Of a stretch of 64,000 nt of DNA, positions 24,224-39,109 are shown in pieces. Made by a program: the position numbers and the translations under genes. Where the stretch lies: assembly GCF_009914755.1 (NCBI RefSeq), contig NC_060926.1. One strand, written 5' to 3'. Source of the stretch: the human T2T-CHM13v2.0 reference genome, Homo sapiens. Position 1 is the first letter of the stretch; each line of letters begins with the position of its first letter. The notes under the pieces are model-generated. The model was not told the origin of the DNA, ran no database searches, and worked only from the letters and a program-made list of their open reading frames with translations.

Positions 24224-27200
24224 GAAGTAGGCCAATGCGTGGCCTACCGCTGGGGAGAAACGGGCAGCTCTGCCCTCGTCTGCTAACACCGGCCTGTCAC
24301 TCATAACCATCTCACACCTGGAACACAATTCTGCCTCCTGCCTAGAGCTCACTTTCAGGAAACAAGGCAACGAAAATCAATTTGATGCCATCAGGCTGCT
24401 TTCATGGAAAGGCTCTTGCCACCTGGGACTTCTTACGTTGTCTCTGTTTTCCTCCTCCAGAGACCAGCTGGGCCCCGGGGGCTGGCCAAGTTGGTGCCGG
24501 GAGCCTGCCTGGCCCAAGCCCCTGGAGCCAGCTGGGGCACATGACCGCCTGCATGTCAGCTGTCTAGGAAATCCTGTGATTCGGTCACACGGGGGCTAGG
24601 AGCAGAGCACCCAGGCCCTGCCCTCACCCCTCACTCCTCACAGGGTGCTGAGGGCTGCCTTGAAGGAGAAATGAAATAAAATAAATGAGTAAAAATAAAT
24701 AAATCCCGCATCTGTCATCATGGGGCATCAGATGTGCCTCCTTAGAGACACTTCCCAGGGTAGGACCCATTGCTATGGTGAACACTCCTGGGGAGCAGGG
24801 GAGCATGCTGAGGAGTTTCAGGGGAGGGTGGCATCGCCCATCAGCCTCTAAAAACCTCTCTCCTGAGCTTCAAAGGAGATCTCGTCCTTGGAGGAACAGC
24901 AGAAGGAGGATGTCCTTCCCCTTTATAGATTAGGATATTAGCAACAAGAGCTAACATTCACCACATGCCGGGTCCAGCTCCAGAAGGTGTTGTATGTGGG
25001 AACTGATTTCACTCTCATTACTGACCCTAAATGATTGTAAGGTGTGGCCAACACTCCACAAACACTTGGGATGAGTTGGAATCTTGAGCTGGTTTCTCTT
25101 GACAGTTACCTAGTTTGAAGCCAATGAAGACATTTGGGGAAAATGTGCTAAGATGAGGTTCATTGAGACGCGTTTTAGAACCCAGCTGACAATTAATATT
25201 CTCAGTGTAAATCTGGGCTCCAGACTTTTATGCATGTCACTTTAAACACAGTCTGATCTAAACACTGGCTTATTGTGACCATTTGGGTGATACCAGATGA
25301 AATTAATGAAAAGTCAAAAATACTGAATTTTTAGATGAATAGGTTCTTTCTTTCAAAAGTTGTTAAAGAAGCTGATTTTGCACTGCTTTTGCTGACTTTG
25401 ATGAAGTGAGAGCACCGTAATTAGCCCAGGAAAATAAACACTCATATTATTTCATGTAAATATACTTTTTAAATCTTTGAAGATTTTATAGAGAAGACAA
25501 ATAATTTCTCCTATTTATTTACTTTGAGATGTCACTTTCCTAATTTGTGGAATCTAAATTTGTGAGAGTTAGAAAGAAAGCCAGCTACCTAAGTTAGGCC
25601 TCCAAACCCCCAAGTGTCCCTTTCCAGGGCCCTGCCCATCTCTTTCTCATTCCTTGGTCGAGAACACGAACTTCAGGACTTGCCTCACACTAGGGCCCAT
25701 TCTTTGTTTCCCAGAAAGAAGAGGCTCTCCACACAGAGTCCCATGTACACCAGGCTGTCAACAAACATGAATTGAATGAAGGAGTGGATGGTTGGGTGGA
25801 AGTGATTTAAGAAATCCTAACTGGGGAATTTCACTGGAAACTTAGGAAATTCAATTTATATAAAGTCTATGAATCGTCCATTTTTGTGTCCGCACATTCA
25901 AATGCTGTAGCTAATTTCCTGCTAAACAGTAGAAATTCAGTAAGTGTTCATGTTGAAAGGATGAAATTTGAGTGCTCTTGCATCCTCAGAGAACTCTAGT
26001 AAAATAGAAATAAAGCTTTATTTGGAAGATTAAGTCATGAGCATAATTATGAGAAGGCGGTCATTCTAATAATAGTGTCTTCACAAGTAGATGCTACATG
26101 CTGTGTAATATTTTGACTAAAAAAAGTTCCTCTCAACATTTCTGAAGTGAGATAATGTACAACGATCCATGTTTTTAGCTACCTTGATAAGTTTAGTGCA
26201 TCCAGGGCTCCTTTCTTACCTGCTAACCGCCGAGTTTCAAATGCTAAGAAATTCTTCATTTCCTAACACAAATATTCAATATAATTGCTGGTTGTTTGGG
26301 AGAAGAAAAATTTAGAATTCAGAAAGAAATACAGAATGAAATGTTCTAATCAATCGAAAAAGGATTCTATAGACTTCGACGTTGTCTGGTTTACAAAGCA
26401 GTCTGCTAATCTATCTCATGTGAAATGAATCCTAAATTGTAGCATTAAAATAGTGATACTTAGGTCTAAAATTAGAAATGCAATTACAGTCAGGAGGCTT
26501 AAAAGAATCATAGAACCCATGCAGGATGACAGCACAATCGGATATGGGGAATGAAGTGTGCCGAATCCATCCATTTTAGTGGGAAAGCAGCAGCAAAGAA
26601 GCTCAGGGAAAGTGCTTAGAGGATAAATTAAGCTTCTAGCAACTCCAGCCGGATTGCATCAGTTAGCACTCAACTAGCCTGATAGGCACAGGACCGAGGC
26701 CACTGAGAAGCATGCTGCAGTAATGAGAGAAGGACATTTTGCGCACCTGCAAAAGATGAAGTCTGTGAACTTGAGTTCATCACCATAAGAAAAGACGGTG
26801 TGGGGGATGAGAGAAGAAGAAAAGCATCCTGGACTCCTGGAAAATCTGGAGTCCAGGGTCTGGTGTCCTGCATAAGACCACTGCGCAAGCTTGTGTCTCA
26901 GTGCTCGCAGCTGTAAATCAGGACATGGAGGTACATCATCACTTAGGATATGACTGTCTTCTTATAAACCAGTCTGAGTCTGTGGCACCACATTAAAAAT
27001 AACATATTGCAGAAACCAGGGCAGCCACTAGCCCCTGTGACATTGTGTGAATATAGCGATGGATGATTTATTTTTCTATACCTGCCCCTGTGCATTGCTG
27101 GAAGACAGGGTCACTATCTTCTTGATATTAATAGTGACAAAATTGACAACACATTGAATTTTTCTGAACAATAATCTACTATCTACTGCACATGCAAAAT

Positions 27201-29683
27201 CTGAGAAACTCCTCATGAATTATGTCATTTAACCTTTACCAAAACTCCAAGAGTTAAAATGTTTGTCAGTTATATAATTTACAAAATGTAGCTTAGAAAG
27301 GTAAATAACTTCCCCTAAGTCATATAACTAAAACGAGATAGATTTATATTTAAATGCTTTTCTCATCTGTTTCCAAACCCCACACTCTTTTCATGTCTCT
27401 ACTGTTTAATAAATGATCATGTAATAGAAAATATGGGAGTGTATAAAAAGGGAACTATAGAAGAGAATATTTGAAGAAAGAACACTGAAGAGAATTATCT
27501 TCCACAGGGGAATGTATTTTTTTTAAATATTATCTAAGTCCTAATTTTTTAGCCAAAATGTGAAACAAACAAACAAAATCATCTCCTAAGTGCAATGAAC
27601 AGGCAATGTTCTCTCCTGGACTTTTGCAAACAGAGCACATATTTTAAAGAAGTGGAAAGAACATTGGCCAAGATCCAGCCTTCTGTCTCTCTTCCCTCCC
27701 TCGCTCCCTCTTTCCTCTATTACTTCCCTCATTCATAAATTAACTCATTCATTCTTCAATGTATACATTTTTTCAGGTCTTGTCAGCTTATCTGGAGAAT
27801 AAACTGTATGAAGGGAAGCAGTAAACAATGAGTTTGGACAGGCAGATCTGAGTTCAAAAATCATGCATTCAGGTAGGTGAACAAACACAAGGCAATAAGC
27901 TAAATTAATTACAACAGTAGATTCCTATGTTCATGGCAGGTTTAGGGAAGACTTCTGGAAGGCAGGAATGAGCTGAGATATGACACACAGTTAAGAATTG
28001 CCAAACTGAGGACACACTATCCACCAGCAATACTCAAAGGAGAAATTGGTGATTTCCACTTTATTCCATTAAAATAAACTATTCTCAAAGGAAGGAACTT
28101 GGTCATATTCATTTTATTCCATGAGCACAATGAGATTGGGGACCTTACCTGACTATTCGACACTGACCTCCACTCATCTAGCCCAGCTTCTGATAAGGAG
28201 TAGTCTCTTAATACTTAAATATTGAGTAAAGGAATATTTTTCCTTGTCTGTTTTCAGAAACTCTGATCTCAAAAGATCACATGCTCAGGATCTTTGTTAC
28301 TGAGGTCAGGACAAGGAAGGGGAAAATGGAAATAAATTGAGATGTCATGGATACAAAAATCAGACTGCATCTTCTCATCGATTATGTCCGATACTATTAG
28401 TATTCTGAGGCTGAGGTTAACGATCAGGGAGGGTTAAATCATCAAATTCACCTTTTCAGTAAGAAACCAAGCTGGGGCTTGAGACTTGAGCTCTGTGATT
28501 CTAAAACCCTTGCCCTGGACCGTGTATAAAATGCAAGTCTGCAAATGTTTCCTAAGGCTAAACGTTGGAATACATAACTAGGCATGGCACCAACTTGGAA
28601 ATTAACTTGAAGACCAATGGAAGCACTTGCTTTTATGAAAGTGCACAAGTAGGTTAACAGTAGGAGAATTCACCAGGTCAATTCCTTACCCGAGTTCCAT
28701 GCTTTGTCTTCTCACTAACTCCTGTTGACCCGGACCCAGAAAGTCAAGATTTTATGTTTTTTCTAGGACCAAGCTCCAGCCTCATCAATCATTTAGTGTG
28801 CTCCTAATGTTCTCTCAGGGTTTGACTCACATGTCGGCTGTAGTCTTGTCGAGGACAGAGCAGATTCAGACGCCTGGTGCTTCTTCTCTAGCTCTAAGGA
28901 AGAAGACACCATTGTGGCTAAATAATCTGAACTTTACAGTGTCTTGCAGGATAAGAAAGATGGCAGAAACCACAGTGATACTAGACCAGGTGAGCTAAAC
29001 TTCAAGTCCGGTGAGACAGGGCAGGCTAGGATAATGATCAGTGATGGGGACTAGAGGCAGTTCTTAATTTGAATCCCTATTTTGTCACTTACTACTAGTT
29101 AGACATGATGCAAGTTATTTATCTTCCCTCAGTGTCATGTCTTTTTTTTGTAATTGATGAAATGGTGATAATAATGGTGATACAGATCTTATATCATGGA
29201 ACTGTGTCAGCATTAAATGAGATAATCCATAGATGGCTCTATAGTACTGAAGGAAGGTTTGTTATTGTCTTTGACTAAGTAAACCAGCATGCATTGTAAT
29301 AAATGTTTCTTGCATGCTATATTAATTTTTAGTAAATAATAACATCCTGATATAATAATAATTAAGCTTTTACAAACAGGTATAACAACAACAGTAATAG
29401 CTTCCCTTTCCTTCCCCGATGCCCAGTAGGGATTATGTCTCTAAATATTGACCAGGCTCTAACAGATACTGTGAACATGGTCAGTCCTGTTGACCTCATC
29501 GACATTCCTTGAACTCATCTTTCATAGCACAAGAAGAAGGCAAGGAAGTGCTGAATCCAGAGGAAGACCATGTTGACCGTGCATAGGTCAGCTCAGCACC
29601 ATCTGCAGGAGGCCTCATTGTTTTCTGTTTGGATCTTATTTCTTTTTTTCTTTTCATTCTTTGTGATACCTTTTATTTGTTTT

Positions 29684-29703
29684 ATTATTATTATTATTAT
29701 TTG

Positions 29704-29736
<33 letters not shown>

Positions 29737-29998
29737 GAGATAGAGTCTCGCTCTGTCCCCAGCGACCTCGGCTCACTGCAACCTCCACCTCCCAGGTTCA
29801 AGCAATTCTCCTGCCTCAGCCTCCTGAGTAGCTGGGATTACAGGCATCTGCCACCACACCCAGCTAATTTTTGTATTTTTAGTAAAGACGAGGTTTCACC
29901 ATGTTGGCCAGGATGGTCTCGATCTCTTGATCTTGTGATCCACCCACCTCGGCCTCTCAAAGTGCTGGGATTACAGGCATGAGCCACCATGCCTGGCC
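29684..29998 (-). mobile_element. AluSc-like element with ~17-bp internal deletion and compound (TTA)n/(TTTTG)n tail
   Basis: GGATGGTCTCGATCTC-type diagnostic; the GCTGGAGTGCAGTGG segment is missing; TSD TATTTGTTTT. Confidence 0.9.
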
Positions 29999-30159
29999 TA
30001 TTTGTTTTGCATATTACTGCACTGACCAGAATGTCTGGAACACACTGAATAGTTGTAATAGCCAACATCCTTTCTTGCATTCCAGGATTAAGCAGGATGC
30101 TATTTAAGATAAATTTGGAAAAAATGTATTTTCCTTTTTCTAACTTCCTATGCATATTT

Positions 30160-30540
30160 TATTTTATTATTTATTTTTGTAGTAATTTCCACTCTTATTT
30201 CAGATTCAGGGGGTCCATGTGCAGTTTTGTTACCTGGGTATACTGCATGAAAATGAAATTTGGGCTGTGACTGATCTCGTCACCCAGATACTGAGCAATC
30301 ATTTTCAACCCTTGCTCAGAGTTGTCCCTGAGCCCCGTGTTCACCTTTATGTGTCCTGTGTCTACTCTGTCCACCTTTATGTCCACGAGTACCCAAAATT
30401 TAGCCCCCACTTATTAGTAAGAAAATGTGATATTTGGTTTTCTGTTCCTGCATTACTTTGCTTAGCATAATGCTTCCAGCTCCATCCATCTTGCTGCAAA
30501 GAACATGATGTCATCCCTTTTTATGGCTCTGTGGATTATA
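30160..30540 (-). mobile_element. L1 (L1PA-old/L1PB) 3' end fragment
   Basis: TTCAGGGGGTCCATGTGCAGTTTTGTTACCTGGGTATACTGCATG...CTCCATCCATCTTGCTGCAAAGAACATG. Confidence 0.85.
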
Positions 30541-32019
30541 TTTTTAATTCTTTTCTTGAGTCACTTTGACTTTGAATGCATATTAGAAACTTATATTATC
30601 CCTTTTCTTTCTTTCTGGATGTATCTGTCTCAATACTTTGTGATTTTTCAGAGATGCCTACCACCAAATTAATGTTTCATGAAATAGTATGTGTGCGCTT
30701 TAAGAGCTTGCTTGGATGAGACTATGAACTTGGATATGAAAATGAGGGTTATATATTTATGACCTTCTAGAGGAAAGAACTCCTAATTCCATCACCAACA
30801 CAGTACCTGGTACACAGCAAGTACTCAAATAAATGTTTGTTGGACTGACAAGGTAAGCATCAGATGGATGTTTTGAGTTGCACATGGTAAAGCAGAGCTG
30901 AGAATTAGCACGGAGACCTAAGGGAGATGATCCACCTCCTTCATCCTCACTGTGCTTGTTGGTGTGTACTGTATTATATGAAGTTAATTTGTTATTTAGA
31001 TTGTTGTTTCTGGAAAAAAATTATGGGGAAGGAAGACTTTACTCCCTGTTTAACAGACAAAAAATAGGCCATTGAGAAAACAGACCAATTTTCCAAGGTC
31101 AAATGTAGACATTTTTATGGGGGCTCTACTTTTTACTCTGTGGGATTTAAAAAAATCTTGATTTTTTATATCAAAGTGAATAGCATTTCAAGCCCTTTTT
31201 TTGGCTCAGATATGACATTCTCATATTATAAAAGAAAAAAATTCTTAAAAGAGCAAATAAAATTTAGCCCATGAAGTGGAATTACCAACTGTTTCCAAAC
31301 CTGAATCCTTGGTTGACTCTTAGATGGTAAGAAGTCACCTTGTGAGCCCCTATATATAGAAATATTCAAAGACAATGGTTACCAGTAAGCTTGCACCAGA
31401 GAGTCATTTGGGGCCTTAATGGATTATTGTAACTATAATTTTTTTTTGCCCTAATGTAGTCATAGAATTATTATTTGTAGATTGTTGGAATTGAAAGGAC
31501 TTTTAGAATTGTGTAGTCCAGTCTTCTCATTTTTTTGATAAATCAGTCAAAACCCAGGAAAACTAATTATGTTACCAGTGATCTCACAGCTACTTAGTGA
31601 AAGAGCGGGAAGGAGATACCAAGCCTCTGGCTGAGCAATCTTTAACACAGCATAACGTACATCTTCAGAAAAATACACCCTAGTGTTACAGGTGACCTCT
31701 CCATGACTTTTGAAGATGTTCTTATAAAAAGCAAGCCATTTGATAACACCAAATATGTCCTTCTGTTGATTTCCTGGCTTTTCTCCCTTAACTTCACCCT
31801 ATTATTGAGGGAATATCTAAAGTTGGAAACAATTTTCTGTAACTAGTGATTTATAAAAATAGAACAGAATGATATCCTCAATCTCTCTCTCAACAGAAAA
31901 TATTTCCTGAAGTTGGAAAATGATTTTTAAAAATTATTGAAGCCCCTTAATTATAGTTTTCATTAAAAAATCACTGTAAGTTTGAAAGAGGATAAAGAAC
32001 ACTCATGCACACAGGTACA

Positions 32020-32060
32020 ACACACACACACACACACAGACACACAGACACACACACACA
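32020..32060. repeat. Interrupted (CA)n microsatellite
   Basis: CA run with GA interruptions. Confidence 0.9.
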
Positions 32061-33942
32061 TATATCCTTACTAAGAAACTAGAATGTGCCCAAACATTTG
32101 GCTGAAATTATTGAATTTGTGAGAATAAAAGTTATGTTATAATCATATAATAGAAAAGATATATAATAAAAAAGATTTAAATTTTTCATTATCATCACAT
32201 TAATATGTTTAGTGTACAGATAGGATAAAACAGTGCAATATAATACATTAAATAATTTCAAACATTCAAAAAGAACAAGAATTAAATTACATATTGGCAT
32301 AAAATAAGAGACTAAAATTTGTATTTATATAGCATATTTAAGATTATAATACTTCTTTCATAAACATTAACTTATTGGATACCTTTAAGAGTTTGGGGGT
32401 TTACGTAAAAAATATGTCAATATTACCTTTCCAGATGATTTGCAGCTCAGAGAGATAGGCTTGGCCCAAATCATACAGCAAGTAAGTGGTGAGGCTTCAG
32501 ATCATCTAGAATTTAATCCAGCATTCTTACCCCAGATCTGAGTGGTTCCTGGAGGAAGAGAAAGTATCAATGAGGAAGACTTAGGTTGCAGGAATGATGA
32601 CACGTAAAAATGTTGGAAAAAAAAAGGAATACATGATTTTGAAAGCTGAAGGTTAATGACATCTAATAATTAGTGATATGGAACTGATCTGAATTTGTTC
32701 ACAAACTTTGACTTGATAAAGAGAAATCAAAATCCAAAATCAGCTCATGCTGACTATATATCAGGAGGTCCATTTGATGTTGAAAAACGAAAAATGATTA
32801 AAACGTAGACTTTACTTTTCTGGGGCTCACAAATGAGAAATTAAGTTATAGCCAAAAAAAAAAAAGTAACCTGAAACATGAGTTCTAATAAGAAATATTT
32901 TAAATATGATACATCTTTAGTTAAAAAGGAATATGAGGTCAATATTAAATATTAAAAGAACAATGTAAAAATATTTGTATGTCAAAAAATGTTAATTATC
33001 TTTCAAATCTGATTTTTAAAGAAAACAAGGAAGTTATTCTAAAACAGTTAATTTTATATAAATCTAAATTAAATGATCATTTGAATGTTGGACTTTTGAA
33101 TTATACAGATAATTTACAATTAAGGGTCAGTTCAAGTAGTTTGTGATTTAAGAAAAAAAATCCTCAGTTTATGCAATATCAGATTTTCCTCATACAGATA
33201 TCAGATAACTACGGCTAACGCACATAAGCACACACATGCATGTATACATACACTGATGTATACATATATCTATCAGAAAGATATAAGAAAATTATCCGGC
33301 TTCACATCAAGTAAGTTGCTTTACAGTTTTATTAAATATTGGAGGCAATTAAGAAGGTTTTTAAAAATTGTTCATAAAATGGTTCATGTTTATTGTAGAA
33401 ATATAAATATTATAATCTAGAATAATTTAAAAATAAACTTATTTTTTCTGCATATATATAGCCATTTAAAAATGAAAACTGGAATCATAAAGCTTTTTAA
33501 AATTCAAGTTAATATTTTTATATTTTCGTGAATTAGAAATTCTTTTGAGAACATAATTTTAATAATTTATAAAGCAAAAGTGTATACCCAATCGTGTTAG
33601 TAACAATATTTTCCTAATCTTAGCAGAGAGGTGAACACTAATGGAGTGGTGTGAGAGAGGGTCTTGGCAAACGTGGATAGAGTGAAGCGTGTGTGAGAAG
33701 TGGGGTGCAGGCCTGTCGGTGTGGGAGCAGAATGTAGACACACAGGAGAGCTCAAGCGGAGGACAGATGAGGGTGAAGTGGCTCCACTGTGCAGGCTGCT
33801 GGACCCTGAACATGGCTGGGAACCCTATAGATTGTGAAGCAGAAACTCTGAATCCCAGCCGACAGGTTGTTAATCAGCTAGGTTAAAAAAAATACATTTT
33901 GTATGTTTCACTTCCTTAACGACAATCTTTAACGATCTTTAA

Positions 33943-34517
<575 letters not shown>

Positions 34518-34939
34518 TAAGTATAGCATTTTGACTACTGTGTTTTACAAATGTTCTGATAATTATTGATCTCAATAACTGATACCAATAATTATTTTAG
34601 TTTGTTAGGTAAAGATATAATTTGACGGCTTCACTATGCCTTTCTTTAACCTGTCTTAAAACCAGAAAGCCATACTTCATTATTCACAGGGCCTGTTGCC
34701 AGAAGAATAAAAGTATGTCTGATAATTATTGCTTTTACAGAGTCCGTGCCCGAGTGGTTAGCACTCAATGAGTGAATGTCCTCAAGATTCAGTATTTTGC
34801 AAAAAGCCTGGCATGATAGATGAATGGCTTTTATGCAGAGATGAGATGATGCATAAAGAACAGAAATCTATTATAGATTTTCTATTAAAATTAGCAAGTA
34901 AAATAAGTAATGGTTATTCCAAGCTCTTAGGTAAGAGAG

Positions 34940-35240
34940 GAGCAAATGTATTGCTAGTGACTTTTTGGAGGACTCCCCCTCCTGCGGTTCATGCTCATTC
35001 TAAATTGCCTGAGAGTAAGCTGGAGACGGCACTGCACTATAATCCCACAGGTAATGTGCTGATAATTAAATCCCTCTGACAATTACATCATGCATTAGCA
35101 GGCTCACCCCGATCCATTACTCATGATCACTGTCTTGGACAAAACAAAATGGGCACACCGGGGACCATTCGTAGAGCAGATGCTCCTATGGAAGAAGGTA
35201 GCCAAATTCTGTTTACGTAATGTGATCCAGGCAAGACTAA
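34940..35240. promoter_or_regulatory. Candidate conserved non-coding enhancer (homeodomain motif cluster)
   Basis: Repeat-free, with dense TAATCC, GATAATTAAATCC, TGACAATTAC, GCATTAG and CCATTAC motifs. Conservation not verified. Confidence 0.4.
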
Positions 35241-36613
35241 AGCAAGGGCTCCCTTCACCCTCCCCAGTGAGCACCAAGTTCATAGAGATAATGACATCCA
35301 ATCTCTGCCACCTGCCTGGCCTGGTCTCATTGCCAGTCTAAAAAAGTACATCATAAAGGTCAAACAACATGGATGGCACCAGCATATTCCAGAGGGACTT
35401 TTGGCAACTTTGAGAGAAGCAGCAATGCTCTCATACTGAGCCTCACAGAACAAGGTTCTCCATTTAGAAAGAGCCAAACTATTTTTTAATTGCTAAGTTG
35501 AAATGTTACTCTCTATTTGATCACATAAAGATCATTCTGAAGTGACAAAAACCAAATTGTTACATAATTACAATATTAAATTATAAGTATTTCCAAAATA
35601 GACTGTTTGTATGTGTGTATAAACACACACACACACACAGTGAAGTTTCACATGTCCGTGTATTTAACACAAGAAGTTAAGATATTTCCTCAAAATTTTT
35701 GCAGACAGCATGCATAACAACAATTTAATATTTCCCAGATATATCCAAAACTGCTAATATTGTAATTAATAAGAATTCAAATAACCAACATTGTCAATTA
35801 TACAAAACTTTTTTTTCTTGCAATAGACTTTCAACATAAAAAAGAAAATAACAAGAGATGATCAGATATTCATATGAAAAATTAGCAAAAGGCAAGCTTA
35901 TTTTTAAAAGTCAAATTTATCCTGGGGTCATTAAGCTTTTGTTTGGATCTACATATTCAGTATATCCATTGTTATTTTTGGATAAACATCAGAGTAATGA
36001 CTTTGAAATTTTTCTAAGGAGTGCTGACACCCTACCAGTGTGTATTTACAGGATCGAACAAGGTATTCTGTACTTATAATATCAAACCATGGTCTATTCT
36101 GATTGGCTGTATATCTACTTCACTGATACTCCAATATTTTGACTATTATTTCTGCTTCCAAGCTACAATAAACATGCAATAATTTACTCATGTTTATTAT
36201 AATCTATTAGCTCAGCAAGGGATGTAAACTCAGATTTTAAAAATTATTTCTAAGACAAACATAAAATACCAAGAGCTTAAACCAATGAGAGAAGTCGCCA
36301 AACTGTGGGAGAGGAGGCGGGGAATTGCTGGAACAGCTTCTTCCCATGGGCCTTGTACATGTGTGCATGAGCTGCCATCTGTTTGTGTCCGCAGACCTGC
36401 TCCCTGGGAAACTTTTGCTCTGGTTTGACTCCTGGAGACTGAGCAGGTCCCCCTTCTGAGTGAAGCCAGGAGAATATATTAATTATGCACTTGGCTATAG
36501 GGTCAGACTAGCCTGATTTCAAAACCTGGCCCTACGATTTTCCAACTGTGTGACCTAGGCTCATGCTTTACCCTGTCTGCACCACGCCTGCTTCTTTTTG
36601 CATTGCTCAGGAC

Positions 36614-37270
<657 letters not shown>

Positions 37271-38522
37271 AAGAGTGTTAGCAATCTCCACACAATACTT
37301 CATAGAGGAAAAGTTAAAAAAAAGTAATATTTTCCAAAGCTGTTGGTATACTACTTGACAGTAGGTATGCAAGAAATGATCATTTTTGTTATCCCGTAGT
37401 GTTTTATTTTCATTATTGTTTTATGATTCAGACACATAGGAGACTTATTTATCGATCCCATCCCTCCATTGTCTGTGATGACTTTATTGCCTTTGCAGGA
37501 TCCTCTTTGGACTGCTAGGGCTGTGAGAAGATCAGGCTGTCTTCCCCAGATGCCTTCTCAGGAGACGGCTGTACATTTAACAGGCTACCTTTCCTGCTGG
37601 CCGACCAGACCAAGCCAAATGGTAAAATAGGTGATGTTTCCTACCTCCCTTCTAGTTCAGACTTCTGACATTGATAGGTATTCTGGTGATCCAAACGTCC
37701 CAGGATTTGCCACCTGTGATAGCTCCTGGCTTGCCTGTTTCATCCCATCTCCTCCACAGAAATCCAACCCGAACTCCAAATGTGGCTTCCCACAGGGCTG
37801 GGAAGCAGATCGCTAACAAAAATTTGGAGAAGCCTAAGGCAAAACAGATGAAATTTAATTTTAAACTAGGGAAGGAGAATCACTGCCAAATGCCATATGA
37901 GGAAGGTTGTATTGAGTTTCAGAAGGCAGTCTAGGTGATACATGATCAGATGCATTATGAGAGAAGAGTGGAAAGAAGGCAAGTAGGGAAGACCCGAATC
38001 TCGAAGTCTGCGTACTGTGTGATTTTCACCTATGCCCTAGCCCCTGCTGGCCTTAAGACTGATTTAACCTCTACTCTAATAGTTTCTAATTAGACTGCTA
38101 GCAGACTTTAACATAATTGCAACCAATGTCTAAACCTTCTCTTTTCTCATTGGCTAGCACTTTGATAGGCCTGTGTTACTGCAAGGCAACATGACAGGTT
38201 GTTAAGAGAATGGACAGGACTTTTAAAATTTCCAGAAAAGGAAGAAAAATGAAAGAATAAGAAAAGACTAAGAAAGAAAGCATGAAAGGAGGAAGGGGAG
38301 GGAAGAACTCCAATCTTGTAGGCAGCCATGTTCTTTCCAGACATTTGATCAATTTTATGTCTGGTCCCGCAAGCATGCCCAATTGCTTAGAGCAAATAAT
38401 TATTCCTTCTTCACCATGGAGGCCAAAAGAAGGCCCTGAGAAGTGTGAGTCAATCATGTTCTCTCTAAATGCCTTCTTTTAAAAGCTATATATATTTAGG
38501 ATTAATTTGCTTGTTGGCCAAC

Positions 38523-39109
38523 TGTATTAGTAGGTTTTCACAGTCCTATAAAGAAATACCCGAGACTGGGTAATTTATAAAAGAGAGATGTTTAATTGAC
38601 TCAGAGTTCTATATGGCTGGGGAGACCTCAGGAAACTTACAATCATGGCAGAAGGGAAAGTAGGCAGCTTCTTCACATGGTGGCAGGAGATAGTGAGAGC
38701 AAAGGGGGAAGAATCCCCCTTTGAATTACCCCTTGAAAGGGTTTCACTCTGTCACTCAGGCTGGAGTTCAGTGGCCCTTTGAGGCTCACTACAGCCTCAA
38801 ACTCTTGGGTTCAAGCAATCCTCAGCCTCCCAGTAGTCTTTGTAGACAGCCTGATGGAGTCTCATGGCACAAGAAGATTAATTATACAATGTCTTTTAAT
38901 TTTAATAAATTTCTACAATCCAAAACAAAAAAAGAATCCTTTATAAAACCATCAGATGTTGTGAGAACTCACTCACTTAATCATGAGAAAAGTATGGGAA
39001 AAACTGCCCAGGTGATCCAATCACCTGTCTCCCTCCACACATGGGGATTACAATTCGAGGTGAGATTTGGGTGGGGACACAGAGCCAAACCAAGAGCCAA
39101 ACTATATCA
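38523..39109 (-). mobile_element. THE1D/MSTA-like solo LTR interrupted by a ~215-bp insertion
   Basis: TGTATTAG...CTATATCA termini; TSD CCAA(C/T); LTR consensus resumes at TTATAAAACCATCAG after the insert. Confidence 0.88.
38717..38933 (+). pseudogene. Putative 5'-truncated retrocopy of a transcript 3' end (antisense Alu fragment, unique sequence, AATAAA, A-tail)
   Basis: AAGAATCC at 38709 and 38932; AATAAA at 38904; AAAACAAAAAAA at 38922. Confidence 0.6.

Noticed and set aside
24700-24712. 13-bp match TAAATCCCGCATC to the insertion core at ~47038 as its donor
   Set aside because: Dozens of 13-mer matches are expected by chance within 64 kb, and the match does not extend.
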